IMG/VR virus record: IMGVR_UViG_2909435987_000002
Source: a virus
Direction: 5' to 3' (one strand)
DNA: 64,000 nucleotides
In this document: piece by piece, positions 51,001 to 58,459 of the stretch
How the letters are laid out: each line of letters opens with the position of its first letter
Position numbering within the stretch: the first letter of the stretch is position 1
Made by a program: the position numbers and the translations under genes
Notes under the pieces: generated by a model
What the model was told of the DNA's origin: nothing
Database searches by the model: none
The model's input: only the letters and a program-made list of their open reading frames with translations

Positions 51001-53135
51001 GATTAAAGGCTTTAGTTCAATTAGATAATTTAGTAAGACATATAGAAGGACTAAGAAGAGAAGAGAATGATACTAATGAGAAATTAGCTAATCAAGAGTT
51101 ATTAAGAAAGTTTGGTATTAATGAAGAAAGTCCAGAGTATAAAGAATACTTAAGAAGATTGGGGTATGTAAATCCTAATGGAACAATAAATGCCAGTAGT
51201 TCAGAGGGATTAGAAAAACATGGTAATAAGAATGTAGTACTAGCAGCTTACAAAACTAAGATGGATTTAGTAAGTGTAACTAGTGCATATGCTTTTGAGA
51301 AAGGAAGAGGAAAAGAATTATTATATAAGGGCGGTAGATGGAACAGTCCAGATAGTACTGGTAATACTTTATATAGTATCTTTAAGGAAGATTTAGAATC
51401 AGGATTACCTCAATTTAAAGCAATAGATGAAGCCATTACACCATTAATAGATATAGCTGGTAGACATCTAGCTAACCCTAGTCTAATACCTATTAATACT
51501 CTTAATAGAGACGAAGCTGAATATGTTGATTATATTAAGTCTATGATTCCTGCTCAACATGTTAGTAAGTATGAAGAGATGGATGAGATAGATAAGAAAT
51601 ATCATGCTCATGTTTTCTTAAAGACTAAAGGACAAACAAGCCACTTTGCTGGAGACTTTGGAGAAAAGCTAATTAGCTTTGCTAAGTTCAATGCTAATAG
51701 AGCTGAAGCTTATGGTGGTAACTTTATGGCAGGCGGTAAGAATTTATTATTAAGTAAAGATAGTAGTTTCTTTAATCATCTAATGGCAGCAACTTCAGGG
51801 AAAATAGATAATGAGACTCTAGCATTCTTTATGAATGCTAACGTAGCTACTTTTAGAAGACATACTGGTAAGAGTAATGCTTCAATAGAAGATGTTCTTA
51901 GTGCAATGAATAGTATGGGTAATCTTAATACTAGTGAAGAGAGTGCTAGGATGGCTGAGTTATTAGCCCCAGCATTAAAAGATAAAGAAGTAGCTGAGTT
52001 AATGATGGCTAGAGTTAGACAAACTCAATATGGAATGATGTCTCAAACTGTATTAGAAATGCAAAGAGGCGCAAGTACTGATAATTTATCTGAGATTAAT
52101 GAAGATGATTTAGTTAAACATGTACAGAAATTAGGCGCTAGTAAAGAAACAGCTAGAGAATTTGTACAAAGACATTTAAGTTATTTATTAACTAAGTCTA
52201 TAGCTAATCCAGATAGTAATGGCAGTGAACTAAGTCAAGCAGAAGCAGATTTAAGACAGAAGATGGGGAGAGGATATATAGCACCTAATGTAAGAAATCA
52301 AGGTAGTAATATAAACTTAGGTCAGCATTTAAAACAGACTACTTCAGGTCTAATTAATAAGAATTCTGATATAGGTTTAGAAATATTTGCTTTACCTTTA
52401 TTAGCAATAGCAGGTCAAGCTATTGCCAGTGGGGAAGTTAATCCAGAAATATTCCAACAAGCAATAGGAAATAGTATTACAGCTCTTGCCTATACAAGAC
52501 CTTATCAATTCTCAGGGAAGACTGATTTAGGAAAAGGTATTACTGCTGCTTCTAGTATTGCTGCTGGTACGGCATTTAAAGCTAGGATGGCTATTCAGAA
52601 TCAGGAAGATGGAGATATTGGTAAAGCTCTTACAGGTTTGGCAGTTAGAGAAATAGCTATGAATGCGACTATAGGACTCGTATCAGAAAAGTTTACTAAT
52701 GTGGCTGCTAGAGCATTAGGAAGAGAGAAACATACATTAGATATCAACACATATGAAGGGATAAGGGGTGTGGCTGCTACTGCTTTAGGCGGTATAGCTA
52801 GTGCTGTATTAGGTATGTTAGTAGGTGAAGGGGCTAAACAAATAGTTAATCCTAGTAATCCTAGTGTATTAGAACAGACTCTAAAAAGTGCAAAAGAATA
52901 TCTAAATAGAGTAAAACAAGTATCTAATGAAGAATTACTAGACGATAACTCTAATTTAGAAAGTAGTAATGGAATAGTAGAATATATAACTTATAGAAGT
53001 TATAGTGGTGATCCTGAGATTAATACTGCTACCCAACAAGGTCTATATGCAGAAGATTTAGATAACGAAGGGGTTAGTGAAACATTTCAAACTGATAATA
53101 CCTATGATGGATATCAAACTGAATTAAGTCCTTAA
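42024..53135 (+). CDS. Giant single-polypeptide RNA polymerase-like protein (3703 aa) with a beta-prime-type DPBB aspartate triad
   Basis: Uninterrupted 11.1-kb ORF with a TTG start and an Arg-rich N-terminus (RSLFRRRRSRSYKS). The motif FYTSQGGDFDGDSAAAIFEH (DNA 49869-49883) resembles the universal NADFDGD metal-binding motif. No T7-like HDS motif is present. Confidence 0.55.
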   Translation: MSKYNYRSLFRRRRSRSYKSNPLLNTARFNLLFRSSTPYEYQSQEDLYRGFLNNEYMEMAERRAEESNAEAELAVKRAVLDRAIDIFDASLEEDGLDSNAVYKRLFGAFETRNLFDDNDLDREFSRDLLHDLSKFMRGEEVDNKELIPQYNYIRERERELLDRELLAAPNASKAINDDIERFKERAHGTSSSINTITGGGLNRSKSLLEDINFVNRPGILPAVAMLAEANKEFFIDIFQLQNRTIQDYYITNIINRATAYRESIARGENPDKFSFNIRMAFNLEAPHDVGSMAGILGSNLGFYNKLMRLKDLYKDDIDINVLFADKKSHPKFIVTDNYAILGSQNLTAPVGKSVYQAGSNYEIIKVLHYKQEGYTPDELIEEIRAGRKSAKDIDAQSLLYLQARQVMKRTFNKPNEKNLSSEVSNIGGPVENFNFLKGTLEYIDGAGRRNDARMSMILNQVFLLQYEKDLMFGNKGLIKGEMGPHSQQLFDSRNQYINQKAQVFQKMQRQFLEMVIEGRGVAYVDIRTYRDKVQDPVMDKLSEVGLLKNYNYDLTKLVGDLAVGNTTKERINSLTAELKKYSYKGQALDESMAVQIMAMASGNIQSVNVAMQHGKEWLAEERDKSGKWVPIAAKSGSSNPNMYSGALANNEFEKDLTNWEIDFITANDKVRKLANVQRDRGTFGFGLSRNQEEEMMRDQANAFHEKVNDIRVRRIGQIEYSDVYQGGEWEKQVDRSRLMELHDRLKNLTSDLGVDNIMSVGINRDNHSRAISLSVRLDPSRLGVSGLGPISYKFTTLLNGAGRDEGYVMELNKSKMIGRTEVVNTSGVNLVTGFERDGKQLIVQHGQRVGLSPIESTIALLSSVAIEVGNQALINKPREEFDKYRGNYDAIGSMVVNYLLKMSGVNRKDISSLLDMDGGDLLYGIITKFENRFTGRDGGVLDKVRSLSNISLNDSNRNVQIRNLINTMKLMALNSGTSRAGVLVGGSNFDSSNSIISQFIALMGMDEFADLRYDVINANSNSFYRKGIEQGIKEVSNSKFEDRYLYGQINTYSGSQGSRKVPIYGFDRGRERDVRIINSQGGLASLALLNSPYAFGPSSDLGRGDLAFFSVAEGGGSREIGNIGDDLTNEALLPFHRHAGVGHLTLMDTIEDSGVGAILKVSEAADYAKTIQHLGGGFASKTGEDYVERLREMSGEDDTFLMFYFDRIGKASQINQRLKNVGGTRPLMDLTMEYQQLIDTMKAVKYKNKFSKGSVNVATSDQLRAAYLDDLRTGLKSIGKSSDLITSDYAIGAEIGQQLAPVLSAQLSKVVEDIRSQVMSEFNFSKEETYGGIGAEIFRAKLLNVNTHASMDRGMMASSRRHGSPIMLMQLSGAYSDWYYANPEYGGEDGMRQTFIDRSVKTVQGSKLRATISSSDLIDALGIDSWNIMNNVMRESGEIIAFDNEDRKTWVYRYDESKKEYIKKNVVDSRKQFPLIKDTIEKVVEKPSFSYVSATSSTASFFEENAREVLKDIRILSANLDSNEILVEVNYMRTLVQGGGRRTESSAGGLFKGVPIFTNMNGVLDEWIGQRGGSLTGANIRREQIQGIANPKNFKSYFFSHGAEILTQERDSKGNSKYLKALLNTDTRVLAASLLMSMGNRFGGGGSDEAMVALAESARRGDLGEYFKNRYQYIALNSGSTNALDIAKAFLKGINADPTGESLKVLSGKDSLTGDLGDLNVKSIGFIEYDDIARSLKGERGAANNLRDKLKLLLSDPTKGIINQEYLAMDKSGRGRELSIIAGGIDLMAQLITSKAITIPVADVLGDENTFRELAAIDGQAYRKIIESDRKDEYAQLLNYLANTSHIVGLLAPTAASQLKVPVSSKSKAYLEAQYLVPEAFSAQANVFKDSGNVAKLRDLVSTLLGAMMGGTGDEFVGATNKLQVFDLMDVYSRSPLFKSKMLGFYHSAIGSTGQFDSLRRRYELFGTIQVMMGSTSFNYTEQDKQMIANLIKSSKVGSMEDVKGLLGVLEKNQSRGQFETTLSLGIEGVMKEFEAVSTEYKLLSDKAEGISHAYSVIEGMSKSGMQRMGFSFPLLEIEGGKVRFNKAVKVYSFAPSAEDTRIVGEQYGDQMSEEIKIIMDVWEGLAVGTHVNKLLDKIAVMGDEGEVEVGLEAARDIIRWQDSAMNIFPLLHGGIAGTRLQQVMGNKTPMEGANFTAAGSLLVPNGVLVGMDAIQNKFGGKAAEDRKKALVILEDRIGKNTNRIIKTKRQLAELEAANPSIPWKGKDFREYMKNATKGELEAASRRNDLLKDLGYYNDHRRLLSAQHVMLHDGLGPKGTKQITRLIEESTKIREALSAATNNDDKERILLHIEDRLGHYQDLKVESSIREGDYFARLAAIAEMQILQVEALGRLGRNSGKYGDTTIEKMKANTLGLINAPSVIEGLRLGSGRKGMYMPKMRAESLAGEIRKGTMNVIDRFNDDKRSLNAQVIQENIDIVREQIKQYQTDLETKHGEFFLKSQLNQKIQDMYSRLDGFQSRLSKSSSPEELADIKHLLNSDLSRNFVELDLVRMNSFRASPIGNEFITYSKYDVFSLEDLNNRLQEKGFTMSFNIDRNKTLGLFHPIGFYTSQGGDFDGDSAAAIFEHSRRLDLQREHNSVIIRNIEESIIDVTNKISNETDPTKLADLNKALDKLESRKNKYINENRDLSVTLQQVEKTNSITEFKDKAASWVSNYLKIDKAFLEGKDTNVIFSFLEHARDLFDGMKNIVNKPMLEGLMAIGRDEKVVQDKGAFERLIISHSTGSDNNLYELLKTDNGLREDIRQNLVKAHQNKDGFDKGLTEYLGSLTQAQVGSDAIQKYQSRGLMGAGMNTENMEMMNKALAQAGSVILGKTYNTMAGLLYAESPMLAMAHALENDDPEGTLGNLVKRNIGDQGYQDLMQSAKYARGYSQEMGGFLQTVNQIMRDSIKPKDAAGFFRELNDKLDAYRKANEKDKDRIIQELVEDFGPGSGLKALVQLDNLVRHIEGLRREENDTNEKLANQELLRKFGINEESPEYKEYLRRLGYVNPNGTINASSSEGLEKHGNKNVVLAAYKTKMDLVSVTSAYAFEKGRGKELLYKGGRWNSPDSTGNTLYSIFKEDLESGLPQFKAIDEAITPLIDIAGRHLANPSLIPINTLNRDEAEYVDYIKSMIPAQHVSKYEEMDEIDKKYHAHVFLKTKGQTSHFAGDFGEKLISFAKFNANRAEAYGGNFMAGGKNLLLSKDSSFFNHLMAATSGKIDNETLAFFMNANVATFRRHTGKSNASIEDVLSAMNSMGNLNTSEESARMAELLAPALKDKEVAELMMARVRQTQYGMMSQTVLEMQRGASTDNLSEINEDDLVKHVQKLGASKETAREFVQRHLSYLLTKSIANPDSNGSELSQAEADLRQKMGRGYIAPNVRNQGSNINLGQHLKQTTSGLINKNSDIGLEIFALPLLAIAGQAIASGEVNPEIFQQAIGNSITALAYTRPYQFSGKTDLGKGITAASSIAAGTAFKARMAIQNQEDGDIGKALTGLAVREIAMNATIGLVSEKFTNVAARALGREKHTLDINTYEGIRGVAATALGGIASAVLGMLVGEGAKQIVNPSNPSVLEQTLKSAKEYLNRVKQVSNEELLDDNSNLESSNGIVEYITYRSYSGDPEINTATQQGLYAEDLDNEGVSETFQTDNTYDGYQTELSP

Positions 53136-53408
53136 ATAATTATGGATTATCTTAAGGGGTAAAATATTTAATTCTGAAGTAACTGTTTTATAGTGAACTA
53201 ACTTATTAGCTAATTCAATTAATCTTCCTTCAGGTGAATATAAACCTACTCTAAGATCAATAGAAAAGTGTTGAAGTTCAGTAGGTACTTCAAGAGGCTT
53301 AGAAAAATAAAGAGGCTCATCAGCATTAGTTAATTGAGCAAATAATATATGAGGTAAGATAGTTATCTCATATACCAATTTATATTCAGATAGATTTATC
53401 TTCTTCAT
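53124..53408 (-). CDS. Hypothetical protein (94 aa)
   Basis: ORF whose 3' end overlaps the giant gene's 3' end by 12 nt in convergent orientation. Confidence 0.4.
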   Translation of the reverse strand: MKKINLSEYKLVYEITILPHILFAQLTNADEPLYFSKPLEVPTELQHFSIDLRVGLYSPEGRLIELANKLVHYKTVTSELNILPLKIIHNYLRT

Positions 53409-53665
53409 AAATTCTCTTCTAGAGAAGAACTAAGATTAAAAGTAAAGTTAATTAAACCAGAAGATATTAATATATAACATATAGAAGCAGCTTGTTCTAT
53501 TATCTCTTCTTCTGTTTCTGCACTAATAGAAAGGACTAGGTAAGTATCTTCTATACACTCAAGTACTACATACTCTGATTCTATTTCTTCAGGAAGAAAG
53601 GGATATATAGAATTAATACTAGCGTTTATTTTATCTTGAATAGTTAAATAGTTAGTGAATATCAT
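53405..53665 (-). CDS. Hypothetical acidic protein (86 aa)
   Basis: Coupled ORF in the small minus operon. Confidence 0.4.
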   Translation of the reverse strand: MIFTNYLTIQDKINASINSIYPFLPEEIESEYVVLECIEDTYLVLSISAETEEEIIEQAASICYILISSGLINFTFNLSSSLEENL

Positions 53666-54027
53666 AAGTATCTTGCCCTTTTAAGAAAATGACCAAGGGC
53701 GGTATATAGTAATTTAATCTGAGTAATATATCTTATATCAACTCCTTTATATATAGTCTTAAGTATATTTCTTCTAGCTTCCATAACATGACTATATTCA
53801 GTTTGATAATAGAAATTAATTAAATAAATTAAAGTTTCCTTCTTACTTAGAGAAAGATAATCTTGTAAAGCTAGAAACTTTGGTATAGCTTCATCTTCTA
53901 TTGGTATCCTAATATCTGTCTTACCTATATTAAAATCTATTACTAACTTATCTTTATCCCCATAAGGTATTTCAACTCTTCTTTCAGAGATAGTTAATCT
54001 TCTATAATCTAATACTTCTAAATCCAT
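53662..54027 (-). CDS. Hypothetical protein (121 aa)
   Basis: Coupled ORF. Confidence 0.4.
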   Translation of the reverse strand: MDLEVLDYRRLTISERRVEIPYGDKDKLVIDFNIGKTDIRIPIEDEAIPKFLALQDYLSLSKKETLIYLINFYYQTEYSHVMEARRNILKTIYKGVDIRYITQIKLLYTALGHFLKRARYL

Positions 54028-54863
54028 ACTGGAGAATTAGTCCTATTATTAAAATCGGATATTATATTGAAAGTAGTATTACTATTCCAAAAGTTATCTA
54101 ATAAATTAGGTAATCCTGGCGGCTTTAATCTATTAGATAATAGAGTATTACTAGGATGAATAAGGTTTTCCTCACTCTCAGTATTCATAGGAACAAAACT
54201 TCTCCATTTATATTCTCCAAAGAAATCTACTCTCACAGAAGTATGAGAAGTATCAGTCACATCTATTAGTCTTATCTCTAAATATCTACTAGTTAAAAGA
54301 ATAAAAGTAGGATCTACTAATGTACCTTCTTCATTGACAGTATTCTTTAATCTAATCTCTATAGGATATTGACATGTGACTACTGCTCCTAAGGCTTTAC
54401 CAACATCAATAATAGGAAGAGTATAAGGATTTGTTAAAGGACTATATATTACTGGCAGCACATTAGGTTGGGATAAAAGTGGTCTAGACCACTCAACATT
54501 TCCTATGTTCTTATGAGCATATACAATCTCCTGTCTAATCCTAGAAGTGGTTTTCTTCCATCTGAGAAAGTCTTGATTAGGATTACCTACTACAAAAGAA
54601 GAGTAAATAGATTCTAGAAAGTAGTTACTTACTTGATAATAGAAAGTACCTTCATATTCTTCTAGATAAGTTCCTAATTGAATAATATCTAGAGTTGAAT
54701 CAACATTAGGAAAAGATAGAACGTTATATGTTCTACTATATGGATTCCTATCTAGTGTTGTTAATTGAGTTCCATAATCCCAAGTGGTATCTATCTCCGA
54801 GTAATACTTAGAGATAGATGCCGATAATATTTCTGGTATATTAACTTCTTTAATATCTGTCAT
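54018..54863 (-). CDS. Hypothetical protein (281 aa), possibly virion-associated
   Basis: Start coupled to the PAAR gene's stop. Confidence 0.4.
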   Translation of the reverse strand: MTDIKEVNIPEILSASISKYYSEIDTTWDYGTQLTTLDRNPYSRTYNVLSFPNVDSTLDIIQLGTYLEEYEGTFYYQVSNYFLESIYSSFVVGNPNQDFLRWKKTTSRIRQEIVYAHKNIGNVEWSRPLLSQPNVLPVIYSPLTNPYTLPIIDVGKALGAVVTCQYPIEIRLKNTVNEEGTLVDPTFILLTSRYLEIRLIDVTDTSHTSVRVDFFGEYKWRSFVPMNTESEENLIHPSNTLLSNRLKPPGLPNLLDNFWNSNTTFNIISDFNNRTNSPVWI

Positions 54864-55120
54864 TAGCCTATAAAAGTATCACTAGAAGAAGTTTGAATAA
54901 TTCCACATATAACTCTATCTTTGATACGAACTGCGGGTCTTCCATCTACAAAAGTAGTACGAGATCCAGTAACAGCAATTCCAGGTAGGGAACTATCAAA
55001 TAATCTAACTTGTCCTCTACCATTTACAAAAGTTGTTCTAGAAGCAGATATAAAAGGCCCGCTAACTCTACCTCTACATATCTTCCTAACAAAGTCTCCT
55101 AATCTAACTGCTGATTGCAT
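54863..55120 (-). CDS. PAAR-repeat spike-tip protein
   Basis: Three PAAR-like repeats: AVRLGD, QVRLFD, and GSRTTFVDGRPAVRIKDRVICG. Confidence 0.65.
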   Translation of the reverse strand: MQSAVRLGDFVRKICRGRVSGPFISASRTTFVNGRGQVRLFDSSLPGIAVTGSRTTFVDGRPAVRIKDRVICGIIQTSSSDTFIG

Positions 55121-55368
55121 TCTTCTTCCTCTTGGAAATAACCTTCTTCTATACCATCAATAAAATTTATAAATTCATTCTTACAATTAAGAAATCCTTT
55201 ATCATAATCAACTACTAAATATCTAGTGGATTTAATTAATAAACTGCCATCTTCTCTAAATAAGACAGAACTATTATTTAAGGAAATAACTAGTCCCTCT
55301 GAGGTAGATGAAATAGAGCTTAGAAATTTAATAATACTAACTAATCTATTCAAAGGATTCCATATCAT
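55099..55368 (-). CDS. Hypothetical protein (89 aa)
   Basis: Coupled ORF. Confidence 0.35.
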   Translation of the reverse strand: MIWNPLNRLVSIIKFLSSISSTSEGLVISLNNSSVLFREDGSLLIKSTRYLVVDYDKGFLNCKNEFINFIDGIEEGYFQEEEECNQQLD

Positions 55369-55723
55369 AATAATTACTTAGCTTTTCTTTAGCTGTATTG
55401 TTAAGATGTATAACTTCATTAGATATAGTATAATCAATTCCTTCTTTTAATCCTTCATCAAGAAGAACATGTTCTAAATCTTTAAACGAAGGAAAGTATT
55501 CTATATCATCTGCTCCTATATCATTAATAGTATCTACTAACCATATACAAAGATCAGGATTGTTAGTATTAAGATAATCAGCCGCCTCTCCTAATATAAA
55601 GTGCATCTGTTTCTCTTGAGTTACTTGAGATATAGATTCAATAAATAAATCTACAGCGTCTATATTCTTTGTGTAAGCTAACTCTACAAGTAGATTAATA
55701 GCATAAAAATTAAAATCTTCCAT
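55346..55723 (-). CDS. Hypothetical acidic protein (125 aa)
   Basis: First gene of the small minus operon, divergent from 55787. Confidence 0.4.
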   Translation of the reverse strand: MEDFNFYAINLLVELAYTKNIDAVDLFIESISQVTQEKQMHFILGEAADYLNTNNPDLCIWLVDTINDIGADDIEYFPSFKDLEHVLLDEGLKEGIDYTISNEVIHLNNTAKEKLSNYYDMESFE

Positions 55724-55786
55724 AGATCTATTTGTTAATAGTTGATTAATAATATATATTATACTAATTGATTAATTAACTATTGA

Positions 55787-56299
55787 GTGGGAAGTATGCA
55801 TCCTATTGAAGAGAGCAGTTTATTACAAGATGTCGATTCCTTAAAGAGACAAGTTAAGTTACTTGAAACTAGAGTACAAAGATTATCAGAAGAGAAAGAA
55901 GCTTTAGGTAAATCTATTCAATGCTTAATAGATAATAGTCATGAAATAGTAGTAGAGAAAATTAACTTAGCTAGAGAAGTAAATATTCTTAAAGAAGATA
56001 AGAACTATATATATAGAGAAAGAAATATACTTCTAGCTTTCTTGTGTAATATTCTATATTCAGCAGATCCATCTATAGTTGAAAGATGGTTACATCCTGT
56101 TGAAGATAAAGATTGGGAGGAAGATTGGAGAAATATTATTGTTATTCAATTAAATGAAGAGGAACAATATAGTTGGCATATCCATGATAGTGAACTATAT
56201 CTATTCCATTGGTTACCTCTTAGAGAGAATAAATGGAATGGGCATACAACTGAAGATAAGTATAGAAGAATAATAAACTATGTAATGAATATAGAATAA
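55787..56299 (+). CDS. Hypothetical protein with N-terminal coiled coil (170 aa)
   Basis: ORF followed by the hairpin CCGTA-N7-TACGG plus TTTCTT. Confidence 0.45.
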   Translation: MGSMHPIEESSLLQDVDSLKRQVKLLETRVQRLSEEKEALGKSIQCLIDNSHEIVVEKINLAREVNILKEDKNYIYRERNILLAFLCNILYSADPSIVERWLHPVEDKDWEEDWRNIIVIQLNEEEQYSWHIHDSELYLFHWLPLRENKWNGHTTEDKYRRIINYVMNIE

Positions 56300-56326
56300 T
56301 CCGTAAATTATATACGGGTTTCTTAC
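56300..56326 (+). terminator. Rho-independent terminator after gene 55787..56299
   Basis: CCGTA-aattata-TACGG followed by GTTTCTT. Confidence 0.5.
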
Positions 56327-56519
56327 ATTAACAATTTAATAGAAATAAGTTAGATTACTTTTATACTTAACTAATATCTGTTACGCCTATGAGAAATATC
56401 ACTAACTATATTGATAAAGAGCTATTACTTAAAGGACATCCTCCTTAAATTATAAATCGAATACATATTAATGCGTGGCGCTTTCTAAATTATTAGGAGG
56501 CGCTTTTATTTTTTTATAG

Positions 56520-57317
56520 GTGATTAAAAGAGTTATGTTCCGTTTAAGTAAAGTGAATTTGTTTGGTTTAGATATCTATGCTGGTAATAAGGACGATTTA
56601 TTAATTCAAATAGAAGAATGGATTAATAATAATAATCGATATACAAATATCTTTACACCCAATGTAGATCATATCTGCAAACTAGAAGATGAATCTTTAG
56701 AGTCTTTTAATAGATTACCTTTGAAATGGACTTATAGAGAAGCTTTCCTTATTCCAGATGGTATGCCTTTAGTATGGGCTAGTAGATTATTAGGTACTCC
56801 TCTTAAAGAAAGAATACCAGGAAGTGACTTGCTTTCTGACTTGCTTTGGTTAGCTAATAGTAATCAATGGAGTATGGTATTTGTCCTTCCAAATAAAGAA
56901 GTAAAGGTAAAGCTAAAAGAATACATAACAGATTACTACCCTAATATCAATCTGTATGATAGTTCTATAGCTTCTTTCCCATTCGAGGGTAGAGGAAATA
57001 ATAGAGAGCAGATAGCTAATGATATCTGGGAACTAGAAGTAGATATAGTACTAGTCTGTTTAGGATTCCCTAGACAAGAAAGATGGTTAATAGAATATGG
57101 TCATGGTCTTAGAGCTAAGTTGGGTATTGGTTTAGGTGCTTCTCCTGAATTCTTAGTAGGTATGAAAAAGAGGGCTCCTAAATGGATAGGTAGAATTGGT
57201 ATGGAGTGGCTACATCGGGCTCTTACTGATAGAAGATTAATACCTAGATATCTAAGCAATGTCTACTTTCTATGGTTAGTGATGAGAGAATTGTTAAATA
57301 AGTGGCGGGGTAAATAA
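56520..57317 (+). CDS. WecG/TagA-family (WecB/TagA/CpsF) glycosyltransferase
   Basis: DGMPLVWASRLLG...VCLGFPRQERWLIEYG...GIGLGASPEFLVGMKKRAPKWIGRIGMEWLHRALTDRRLIPRY matches the Glyco_tran_WecB core. The start codon is uncertain (GTG at 56520 or ATG at 56535). Confidence 0.75.
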   Translation: MIKRVMFRLSKVNLFGLDIYAGNKDDLLIQIEEWINNNNRYTNIFTPNVDHICKLEDESLESFNRLPLKWTYREAFLIPDGMPLVWASRLLGTPLKERIPGSDLLSDLLWLANSNQWSMVFVLPNKEVKVKLKEYITDYYPNINLYDSSIASFPFEGRGNNREQIANDIWELEVDIVLVCLGFPRQERWLIEYGHGLRAKLGIGLGASPEFLVGMKKRAPKWIGRIGMEWLHRALTDRRLIPRYLSNVYFLWLVMRELLNKWRGK

Positions 57318-57600
57318 ATGTTTAGGTGGCTGGCTAGATTATTAAAGTTAGATACTTTTACTGAAAGAACAAAAGTATCTACTGATAGAATGGGTGACTT
57401 GATAGATTACTATAGGGAAGATAATGATAACTATAGATATAAGTCTTATCTATAGGGAAGATAATGATAACTATAGATATAAGTCTTATCTATATGAAGA
57501 TGTAAATAATGAAGGCGGGCACATTAGACTTACTATAGTAGAGACTATAGATGATGATGGAGAAATTGTTGATAGAGAAAGTACTTTAACTGAAGAATAA
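57318..57600 (+). pseudogene. Small acidic paralog-family member disrupted by a 40-bp tandem duplication (premature TAG at 57453-57455)
   Basis: Removing one 40-bp copy restores an 81-codon ORF (MFRWLARLL...YLYEDVNNEGGHIRLTIVETIDDDGEIVDRESTLTEE) that ends at the TAA at 57598-57600. Confidence 0.55.
57411..57490 (+). repeat. Perfect 2 x 40-bp direct tandem repeat (tatagggaagataatgataactatagatataagtcttatc)
   Basis: Copy 1 is 57411-57450 and copy 2 is 57451-57490, identical by eye. Confidence 0.85.
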
Positions 57601-57607
57601 ATAGAGT

Positions 57608-57637
57608 GGGCGGCTAGTTATGCCGCCTGTTTTATTA
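57608..57637 (+). terminator. GC-hairpin terminator (GGGCGGC-tagttat-GCCGCC + TGTTTTATT)
   Basis: Perfect 6-7 bp GC stem followed by a T-tract. Confidence 0.65.
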
Positions 57638-57666
57638 AATTGCAAAAGTAGAATTTAAGGCAGTGT

Positions 57667-57873
57667 ATGTTCAAAGCAGTAGGTAGAATGTTTATGTATC
57701 TGCTAATTAATAGAACTCAAGATACTCATGAAGTTGGAAGTGAACATGAATCCGTAGCAGACGCAATAATTGAAGGCGTTCAATACTACAGTTATGTAAC
57801 TGAAACACATAAAGATGAAGCTGAGTTAACTATTATGGAAGGTATTTATTTTATACCAGAGGAGCAAGAGTAA
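57667..57873 (+). CDS. Small acidic protein, paralog family (68 aa)
   Basis: Shares the S/N-x-ADA(I/L/M)I-E/D...Y...E...(I/V)xEE pattern with 60979, 63579 and 63776. Confidence 0.5.
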   Translation: MFKAVGRMFMYLLINRTQDTHEVGSEHESVADAIIEGVQYYSYVTETHKDEAELTIMEGIYFIPEEQE

Positions 57874-57874
57874 T

Positions 57875-58459
57875 ATGCAAGTATCAGTTAGAGCAGATTC
57901 TATTCTAATAGACGAAGATAAAAGACTATCTAATTTAGAAATACTAGATTATATATTCTCTTTAAAGTTCTATAAAGCTCCTAAGTTTGAGAGAGGACTT
58001 TATGTTCCTTTTTCTACTAGAGAAGTAGAACAACATTTAAGTAATAAATTTAGTAAATATATATTTGGTATTGAGTTAGCTTATGGCAAAAGAGATAGGA
58101 CTAAATATATAACTAGACTTCCATTAGATAGTTATACATTCACAGAACCTTATAGCGAGTGTGATGTAGATAAAGATAATATCTACTATAAGAATATAGA
58201 AGTTATTAGACAGCCTAATCAGAGTCTACTAACTGTTAGTGGCGTTAAACAACTCATAGTTGGCGGCAATAGTTATACTAACCTAACTCAATATATGGCT
58301 CTTAGAGTAGTTAGAGCAGGAGATGGATTATTTAGATATGAAGAGATAGAAGAAGCCTATCAAACCTCACAGTATATAAAAGATATGTGCTACGGGAGGA
58401 TTAATGAACAACGTAATAATATGCCTAGTAGTAGTGACAGTAGGGATGGTGTTAACTAG
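57875..58459 (+). CDS. Hypothetical protein (194 aa)
   Basis: ORF. Confidence 0.45.
   Translation: MQVSVRADSILIDEDKRLSNLEILDYIFSLKFYKAPKFERGLYVPFSTREVEQHLSNKFSKYIFGIELAYGKRDRTKYITRLPLDSYTFTEPYSECDVDKDNIYYKNIEVIRQPNQSLLTVSGVKQLIVGGNSYTNLTQYMALRVVRAGDGLFRYEEIEEAYQTSQYIKDMCYGRINEQRNNMPSSSDSRDGVN

Noticed and set aside
42024-53135. Test for an N4-like or T7-like single-subunit vRNAP
   Set aside because: No HD(S/A) motif C or T7-like motif A context was found. The DFDGD triad points to the DPBB class instead.
56430-56450. Perfect AAGGAGG on the minus strand
   Set aside because: It is followed by an ATG only 2 nt away and a 4-codon ORF, so it is not a real gene start.
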